Shown one piece after another: positions 58,024-64,000 of a DNA stretch of 64,000 bases; position 1 is the stretch's first letter; every line of letters starts with the position of its first letter. The position numbers and the translations under genes are program-made. The notes beneath the pieces are model-generated. The model had not been told where the DNA came from, did no database searches, and saw only the letters and a list, made by a program, of their open reading frames with translations. The stretch covers positions 12,785-76,784 of the forward strand of contig WAPN01000016.1 in assembly GCA_015520735.1 (NCBI GenBank), given 5' to 3'. The DNA is from Desulfurococcales archaeon. GTDB taxonomy: Archaea; Thermoproteota; Thermoprotei_A; Sulfolobales; Desulfurococcaceae.

Positions 58024-59343
58024 TTACTTAGTCCTGATCTCTATCTTCATGGGTTTGACATCAACTACTACGCCAATACCGATTGTCTTGCCCATGTCAC
58101 GCATCGCGAATCTGCCAAGTGGCGGTATCTCGCTGTACTTCTCGATTACTAGAGGCTTTATAGGCTTAAACCTAACTATTGCTGCGTCGCCCATCTTTAG
58201 GAACTGTGGGTTCTCCTCTACAACTTTACCTGTTCTCGGGTCTAGCTTAGCCTTTATCTCAACGATTCTGCATGCTACGCTGGCTGTGTGAACGTGTAGT
58301 ACTGGCGTGTATCCAACAGTGATTGCTGTTGGGTGCCATATGATGAATACACGGGCAGTGAACTCCTCTGCCACTGTTGGCGGTTTGTCCAGGTGACCTG
58401 CTACGTCTCCACGCCTGATGTCACGCTTGGAAATGCCGCGTACGTTAAATCCAATGTTGTCACCGGGCTCGGCCTTCTCGATCCTCACATGGTGGGTCTC
58501 AATACTCCTGACTTCCCCTACCTTCGCCGGAGGCATGAACACTACCTTGTCGCCAACTTTCAGTACACCGGTCTCTACTCTGCCTACTGGCACAGTGCCT
58601 ACTCCGGATATAGCATAGACGTCCTGTATGGGTATTCTTAGAGGCTTGTCGATCGGCTTCGGTGGCGGTGTTAGCATGTCAAGGGCTTCTACTAGTGTTG
58701 GACCATCGTACCAAGGCATGTTGGGGCTACGCTCAATCAGGTTGTCGCCAGTCCATGCTGATACCGGGATGAATGGTATTTTGCTGATGTCATAGCCTAG
58801 GCTCTTGAGGAACTTTCCTAGAACAGTCTTGATCTGCTCGTACCTCTTCTGGCTCCATGGAGGCTCGGTTGCATCCATCTTGTTTACAGCAATTATTAGC
58901 TGGTTGATACCCATCGTCTTTGCTAGGATAGCATGCTCACGGGTCTGTCCCTCAGGGCTCATTCCGGCCTCGAACTCACCTTTTCTTGCACTTACAACGA
59001 GTAGTGCTGCGTCAGCCTGGCTTGCACCAGTGATCATGTTTTTAATGAAGTCCCTGTGGCCAGGGGCATCGATAATTGTGAAGATGTATTTTCTTGTCTC
59101 GAATTTCATGTAGGTTAGGGCAATGGTTACTCCGCGTTCTCTTTCCTCTTTCAGTTTGTCGAGAAGCCATGCATACTTGAAGGTCTCTTTGCCCTTCTTC
59201 TTAGCTTCTTCCTCTAGCATCTGCAGAGTCTTCTGATCTACTAGACCTAATCGGTATAGAATGTGACCCACTAGCGTGCTCTTACCATGGTCTACATGGC
59301 CGATTACTACAAGGTTTAGGTGTGGTTTCTCCTTGCTGCTCAT
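58024..59343 (-). CDS. tuf: Translation elongation factor 1-alpha (aEF-1alpha)
   Basis: NLVVIGHVDHGKSTLVGH, DAPGHRDF and NKMD motifs. 439 aa. Confidence 0.95.
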   Translation of the reverse strand: MSSKEKPHLNLVVIGHVDHGKSTLVGHILYRLGLVDQKTLQMLEEEAKKKGKETFKYAWLLDKLKEERERGVTIALTYMKFETRKYIFTIIDAPGHRDFIKNMITGASQADAALLVVSARKGEFEAGMSPEGQTREHAILAKTMGINQLIIAVNKMDATEPPWSQKRYEQIKTVLGKFLKSLGYDISKIPFIPVSAWTGDNLIERSPNMPWYDGPTLVEALDMLTPPPKPIDKPLRIPIQDVYAISGVGTVPVGRVETGVLKVGDKVVFMPPAKVGEVRSIETHHVRIEKAEPGDNIGFNVRGISKRDIRRGDVAGHLDKPPTVAEEFTARVFIIWHPTAITVGYTPVLHVHTASVACRIVEIKAKLDPRTGKVVEENPQFLKMGDAAIVRFKPIKPLVIEKYSEIPPLGRFAMRDMGKTIGIGVVVDVKPMKIEIRTK

Positions 59344-59574
59344 TATTTATACACCCCTTTCTAGGGATCTAAATCTAAATCCTCCTGTAGGTTCAGATAG
59401 CACAATGCTATTTAGAGTAGATAAGGATACCGTCTTTATAAAGATATCCATTGGTTATATAAGAATCGATGAGCGCAGAAACATACTAAGGAACACATTT
59501 AAAATGTTAAACAGATCTTTGTCATCCTATGTGATTAAGTATTGAATTGGTCTTTTGTTATAATCGTTACATCG

Positions 59575-60177
59575 TTATCTACTACTCAAAGCTATTCTTT
59601 CAATCTCCTCCTTTTTCTGAACCGCGTAGCTCTTAGGATCATTGTTAGCTGCGAGTATTATCTCCTCAGCAAGAGCTTCTTCTATGGGCATTGGATTGTT
59701 AAATGCCTTGGCTCTTGCCCCCTCAGTTATATGTTTCAAGGCTAGATCAACCCGTCTCTGCGGAGAAACATCCACTGCTACGTGATATACGATACCACCA
59801 TACATGATCCTGGTTGTTTCTTCTCTTGGCGCAGTATTCTCTATTGCTCGTACAAGTACCTGTACGGGATTCTCACCTGTCTTCAGGTATATCAGGTCGA
59901 AGGCCTTCTTTACGATATTATATGCCAGGTGTTTTTTGCCCATATTCCTGCCTGGACGCATAACCTTGTTTATTAGTCTCTCAACTATGGGTACTTCGGC
60001 TTTACCAAATCTTCTGTGCTCGTGTCTTCCACCTGTATGTGGTAGGAATACTGGTCTTAGGCATATGTATCTTTTAAGCCCGGGATCTCGGACAACAATA
60101 TTGTCATAACTCCATTTACCGAACAACTTTATTTCTTGTACCTTAACAATGACTCCTTCTTCAGCCACTCCTATCAC
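59575..60177 (-). CDS. rps7: 30S ribosomal protein S7 (uS7)
   Basis: [22 protein letters not shown] ... [15 protein letters not shown] start. Confidence 0.9.
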   Translation of the reverse strand: MIGVAEEGVIVKVQEIKLFGKWSYDNIVVRDPGLKRYICLRPVFLPHTGGRHEHRRFGKAEVPIVERLINKVMRPGRNMGKKHLAYNIVKKAFDLIYLKTGENPVQVLVRAIENTAPREETTRIMYGGIVYHVAVDVSPQRRVDLALKHITEGARAKAFNNPMPIEEALAEEIILAANNDPKSYAVQKKEEIERIALSSR

Positions 60178-60332
60178 CAGCGCTTCTTACCTGGCTTTTC
60201 CAACACTGTTTTTCTCCTTTAAATCCTTAACTTTAAGCGTTTCCCAGCGATGTTATGTCAAAGCTTTTCGAACGATCTCCTTCAAGTTATGTGCCCTAGC
60301 AGATATTAGGGTGTATTTATCCATGAAAACAC

Positions 60333-60872
60333 TTGTCTGGAGGGATAGTGTTGAGTCAAGCCGATTATACCGAGGATGAATTAGTAAGAGTTGTCGATGT
60401 TTATGGTGTTATAAGGACTGAAGCATTCTTCTATTCTACAAGAATAGTATGTGTAATGGAAGATGGCAGATATTTCTATCTAGAGCGTGTCCCCTTCGAC
60501 ATCATAATAGCCCTAAAGAGGCTCAGGGGTGAAGAAATAGAGGATGATAGAGAGAGACTTGTCGATATTCTCGTGAGTATGCCCGAAGTAGTCGAGCTTA
60601 TGGGTAAGCACCTCAAAAGAGTCATAATTAATGAGCTAAATATGGATACTGCTGTATACAGCGCCATAGCGGAGTTCAGTGACGGAAACATGGTTATAAG
60701 AAGAAAGATGGTGCCTAGTCATGCAATATTCTTGGCTGTACTAACAAACAAACCGATCTATGTGCGTAGACAGCTTATCGATGAGCAAGAAGAAATGGCT
60801 ATGAATGATCTCCTTGACGAGGAATCTGAAACTGATCTGGACGATGATGAAGAATTTGATGACATATACTGA
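60333..60872 (+). CDS. Bifunctional-nuclease (BFN/DUF151) domain protein with strongly acidic C-terminal tail
   Basis: MVPSHAIFLAVLTNKPIYVRRQL resembles the RPSDAIALA.r...PIyV segment of DUF151. The tail is EESETDLDDDEEFDDIY. The likely real start is GTG 60348 or TTG 60351, just after GGAGGG (60339-60344). Confidence 0.5.
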   Translation: MSGGIVLSQADYTEDELVRVVDVYGVIRTEAFFYSTRIVCVMEDGRYFYLERVPFDIIIALKRLRGEEIEDDRERLVDILVSMPEVVELMGKHLKRVIINELNMDTAVYSAIAEFSDGNMVIRRKMVPSHAIFLAVLTNKPIYVRRQLIDEQEEMAMNDLLDEESETDLDDDEEFDDIY

Positions 60873-60959
60873 ATCTAAACTTCTTATTGAACTAAATTAG
60901 AGAGAAGAAATTGTCTAACAAATTATTCTCATCAATGAAATTATTTATTTATAGGAGTA

Positions 60960-61403
60960 TCAGCGTATCGGCTTCTGTTTCTTACCAAGATATAATGCTT
61001 TCAGTGATACGCCATTCACCATTATAACCTTATAGCGTACACCTGGTATGTCACCCATTGAGCGTCCACGGGGACCTCCTATACCCTCGATTATTACCTC
61101 ATCGTGCTCGTCAATATAGTTTATTCCACCATCGAATGGTACGAATGCTGTTACTACTTTGCCGTTCTTGGCTAGCTGTACACGGACACATTTTCTGACA
61201 GCCGAGTTCGGCTGACGGGCTTCAACGCCTACCTTCTCTAGTACTATGCCTCTGGCCATCGGCGCGCCTTCTAGCGGGTCATGCTTCTTCTTGAGGCCGA
61301 GCATCTTGATCTTGAATTCACGCTGGCTCCACCTAAACTTTAGCCTTTTCTTCTTAAGCTTTCTTGCTGCAAATAGCCCGTTTGGTGCTTTCTTGCCGGC
61401 CAT
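60960..61403 (-). CDS. rps12: 30S ribosomal protein S12 (uS12)
   Basis: [17 protein letters not shown] ... [18 protein letters not shown] ... GVRYKVI. Confidence 0.95.
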   Translation of the reverse strand: MAGKKAPNGLFAARKLKKKRLKFRWSQREFKIKMLGLKKKHDPLEGAPMARGIVLEKVGVEARQPNSAVRKCVRVQLAKNGKVVTAFVPFDGGINYIDEHDEVIIEGIGGPRGRSMGDIPGVRYKVIMVNGVSLKALYLGKKQKPIR

Positions 61404-61474
61404 TTCTCTGTCACCCTCTATTCATTTCAACTAGTCTGGTAGGGGTTCTTAAACACTATCTTTCTGTATTTAAG

Positions 61475-61924
61475 TTAGGCTATTATTACGGAATCTATGC
61501 CGAAATATCTTTTCAGTATTGTTCTTGCCCTTGCGACGTTCTTGCCGCCTCTCCCGATGGCAAGTCCTTTATCTTTTGGTTCGACACTGACATATACTAC
61601 TTTTTTACCGCCAGGTCTATTGACTAGCTTCACTTCTCTTACTCTGGCTGGCGCTAGAGAATAGCGTACGGCGTCTTCTAGATTCTCGCTGAACCCGACG
61701 ATTTCTATGTTCTTCCCTAGAAGTTTTCGTAATTTTTGTACGTATACTCCTCGGGGACCCACAGCTTTGCCTATCTCGTCGGGATTTACTAGGAATATTA
61801 TGCGTCCGTTTTCCTCATCGACTATACAATCGCGTACATGTACTCCTGTTAGTTCGTGGAGGAGAGCCATGTACCGGAATTCTTCTGGTGTCAGTTTTAT
61901 TACGTTCCTGCCTTCTATACTCAC
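61475..61924 (-). CDS. nusA: NusA-like transcription factor (two KH domains, archaeal short form)
   Basis: KH GxxG loops GPRGVYVQKL and GRGGKNVARA. 149 aa, in the canonical slot between L30e and S12. Confidence 0.85.
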   Translation of the reverse strand: MSIEGRNVIKLTPEEFRYMALLHELTGVHVRDCIVDEENGRIIFLVNPDEIGKAVGPRGVYVQKLRKLLGKNIEIVGFSENLEDAVRYSLAPARVREVKLVNRPGGKKVVYVSVEPKDKGLAIGRGGKNVARARTILKRYFGIDSVIIA

Positions 61925-62244
61925 GCTTCAATCCCCTCCTCTACTAGCTCTAAAATATTTGACTGGCCCGGGTCGACGATGGCAAGTGTTGCTATACCGA
62001 ATGGTTTGCCGGCGAGTGCTCCTAGCTCCATGTTGGTGCCTGGGAATCGGAACACTGGTATATTTGAGAGCCTTGCATAGTATTCTATGTCTCTCTTGAG
62101 CTCCGGCGGTGCATTGTTCGCTATGACGACTAGTCTGACTTTGCCATGGAGGACTAGTTTTAGTGTTTTCTTACTCCCTATGACTACTTCTCCTGTTTTG
62201 AAAGTCATTTGCAGAGCACGTATGAAATCTACTATTGAAGGCAT
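61921..62244 (-). CDS. rpl30e: 50S ribosomal protein L30e
   Basis: ALQMTFKTGEVVIGSKKTLKLVLHGKVRLVVIANNAPPE ... L7Ae/L30e fold. Directly after RpoA''. Confidence 0.85.
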   Translation of the reverse strand: MPSIVDFIRALQMTFKTGEVVIGSKKTLKLVLHGKVRLVVIANNAPPELKRDIEYYARLSNIPVFRFPGTNMELGALAGKPFGIATLAIVDPGQSNILELVEEGIEA

Positions 62245-62261
62245 TTCTATTTCTACACCTC

Positions 62262-63479
62262 TTACTCTTCTTCTCCACGCCCATAGGGTTTATAGGGAGT
62301 CATATATATTTCTACAATTCCCGTACCTACAGGTACGGGTTGACCAACAATTACGTTCTCGGTAACCCCTACGAGCGGGTCTTCTTCTCCAGAAACAGCT
62401 GCTTCTGCCAGCTTCTGGACAGTCATTTCGAAAGCAGCTCTTGCGAGAACACCTGTTTTTTCTCCAGCTATGCCCATTCTTCCTACTTGTTTCACTTTGC
62501 CTGTCCACGTCATCATGTCTGCAAGGAGCATAACATGTCTTACATCAACATCGAGACCTTGGTCTTCTAGCACATTTATGACTTCCCTAATTATCGCTGA
62601 GCGGGCGGCCTCTATTCCTAGCACCTCTTCTATTTCTGCTATGTTGTTGGTATATACTCTCCTATAGTCTACACCCGGTATCTTCATGACTTCTGCTAGG
62701 TTGCTTCCTTCGGCGACAAGTATGTATTCGTCCCCTCTTTTCTGTATAATCACCTTGTTTATGCCTTTGATACCCTTTACCTTAGCCTTGGAGATCTTGA
62801 CACGTATTCTTTCTATCTTGGTGTAATCGGCTTTCTCAGGTTTGAGATCTATTCTTATAGTATTAGGATCTTCTTCGTCCTGGTAAACTTTGCCCAGTTT
62901 TAGTTTTTCGAGGACTTTTATGACGGTTTCAGGAGTAACGCCCTTGTCCATTAACATTTCTGGATCGAGAACTATAATGGCACCTTCAAACGGGTTAACT
63001 ATTATTTCCTTCGCAATGTTCTCGATTGTTGTAGTCTCTATCTTTCGTGCGATCTCCTTGGCTTTCTCCTCAGAGTATTTATGCTCATCGTCGAGGTAGA
63101 TCTCCATTATCGCTGTACTGGGCTTTTTCCTCGCATCAACAATCTCTATTAGCCTAGGTAGACCTAGGGTGATGTTGAATTCTCTGACACCCGCATAGTG
63201 GAATGTTCTCAGGGTCATCTGGGTTGATGGCTCGCCGAGGCTCTGCGCGGCGACAGTACCTACGGGCTCTCCCGGCTCTACCTGGCTTATATCATATCTT
63301 CTTATGGTCTCATCGATTATTGCTTGTAATTCTTCCTCGTATAGTCCATGCTCCTTGTACATCTTAATGAGTTTCTCCCTGAGTTTTTCATAAACAGCCT
63401 TGCTGACTTTTCCCTCGAGATTCTCCTTGAGAATTGTCTCTAGTTTTTTGATTGACTTGATTCTTTTCATATTCTCCAC
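62262..63479 (-). CDS. rpo1C: DNA-directed RNA polymerase subunit A'' (Rpo1C)
   Basis: [29 protein letters not shown] (trigger-loop region). 405 aa. Overlaps the A' 3' end by 13 nt. Confidence 0.9.
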   Translation of the reverse strand: MENMKRIKSIKKLETILKENLEGKVSKAVYEKLREKLIKMYKEHGLYEEELQAIIDETIRRYDISQVEPGEPVGTVAAQSLGEPSTQMTLRTFHYAGVREFNITLGLPRLIEIVDARKKPSTAIMEIYLDDEHKYSEEKAKEIARKIETTTIENIAKEIIVNPFEGAIIVLDPEMLMDKGVTPETVIKVLEKLKLGKVYQDEEDPNTIRIDLKPEKADYTKIERIRVKISKAKVKGIKGINKVIIQKRGDEYILVAEGSNLAEVMKIPGVDYRRVYTNNIAEIEEVLGIEAARSAIIREVINVLEDQGLDVDVRHVMLLADMMTWTGKVKQVGRMGIAGEKTGVLARAAFEMTVQKLAEAAVSGEEDPLVGVTENVIVGQPVPVGTGIVEIYMTPYKPYGRGEEE

Positions 63480-64000
63480 CCTATGATTTTTTCAATTACT
63501 CTTTCTATCTTCACGGATTCACCGTGGTCGCTTTTCATGGGATCTACACCATCTTCACCATATCTAAACTGTACTATTTCGCCTGTGGGTAGTCTCACGG
63601 TACCATCATATTCTACACGTAGATCCTGGAGCGCGTTTATGAGTCTTCTCTGCATGTATCCGCTCTGGCTTGTTCTTACGGCTGTATCGGTTAGTCCTTC
63701 TCTACCTGCTGCTGCATGGAAGAACATTTCTATGGGGTTTAAACCGTCAACAAATCCATGGGCAACAAACCCTCTTGCTTCTGGACCCAGATCTCCAGGT
63801 TTGAAGTGTGGTAGTGTCCTATTGAAGTATCCACGGACTATTCGTCTTCCTCGGATTGTCTGCTGACCAAGCAGTGCCGCCATCTGTGTGAGGTTTACTG
63901 GGTTTCCTCTCGCCCCTGTTCTAGCCATTATTATTACTGGGTTTGTTAGCGTGAAGTATGGTGTTATAGCATCGGCAACATCGTCTAGGAGCTTCTTTGA
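63467..64000 (-). CDS. rpo1N: DNA-directed RNA polymerase subunit A' (Rpo1N), C-terminal part only; the gene continues beyond the window
   Basis: [27 protein letters not shown] ... [35 protein letters not shown] checked that the frame stays open from 63928 to 64000 (…[29 protein letters not shown]). Confidence 0.9.
   Translation of the reverse strand, partial: SKKLLDDVADAITPYFTLTNPVIIMARTGARGNPVNLTQMAALLGQQTIRGRRIVRGYFNRTLPHFKPGDLGPEARGFVAHGFVDGLNPIEMFFHAAAGREGLTDTAVRTSQSGYMQRRLINALQDLRVEYDGTVRLPTGEIVQFRYGEDGVDPMKSDHGESVKIERVIEKIIGWRI

Noticed and set aside
60841-60872. GATGATGA ... TGATGA ... CTGA string.
   Set aside because: This is simply the codons for the acidic tail DDDEEFDDIY plus the stop region of the BFN-domain gene. 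The spacing is far too short for a C/D RNA.

Overview
This window looks like core chromosome from an AT-rich, hyperthermophile-type crenarchaeon. The gene set and order resemble Thermoprotei/Desulfurococcales, but no species can be assigned without a database search. It is almost entirely housekeeping genes, mostly on the minus strand, and holds three classic archaeal conserved gene strings. (i) The exosome/proteasome superoperon runs 31171->23199: L15e, DUF54-type protein, Rpp30, Pop5, [C/D sRNA, tRNA-Leu, C/D sRNA], PsmA, SBDS, Rrp4, Rrp41, Rrp42, L37Ae, Brix, Pcc1, prefoldin beta. (ii) A second string runs 48423->38660: L7Ae, S28e, L24e, Ndk, aIF5B, S6e, aIF2-gamma, PIN, Rpo7, Spt4, DUF359, S24e, S27ae, Kae1, Bud32. 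Here S28e and aIF5B are each flipped in place. (iii) A third string runs 64000->52806: RpoA', RpoA'', L30e, NusA, S12, [BFN-domain gene on the opposite strand], S7, EF-1alpha, S10, tRNA-Ser, S13, S4, S11, RpoD, L18e, L13, S9, RpoN, S2. It continues into MEMO, IDI-2, an unknown 169-aa protein and GluRS. The window also contains DnaG (5'-truncated), two family-B DNA polymerases, Pelota, EF-2, an SRP RNA and four tRNAs, three of them with introns. I also call two hand-identified candidate C/D box sRNAs and one ribosomal protein gene (S27ae, 56 aa) that is too short for the supplied ORF track. I found no CRISPR array, transposase, integrase, prophage or recognisable defence module, and no convincing new multi-gene system. 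The most interesting items are the ncRNA islet inside the exosome superoperon, the two in-place single-gene inversions (one bracketed by a 10-bp inverted repeat) and a nuclease-domain gene splitting S12-S7. Others are a degenerate RecJ/Cdc45-like gene, a second Pcc1-like gene, and several small uncharacterised proteins tightly coupled to translation or RNA-modification genes. All protein calls rest on motifs read by eye and on remembered family signatures and synteny. No searches were run.
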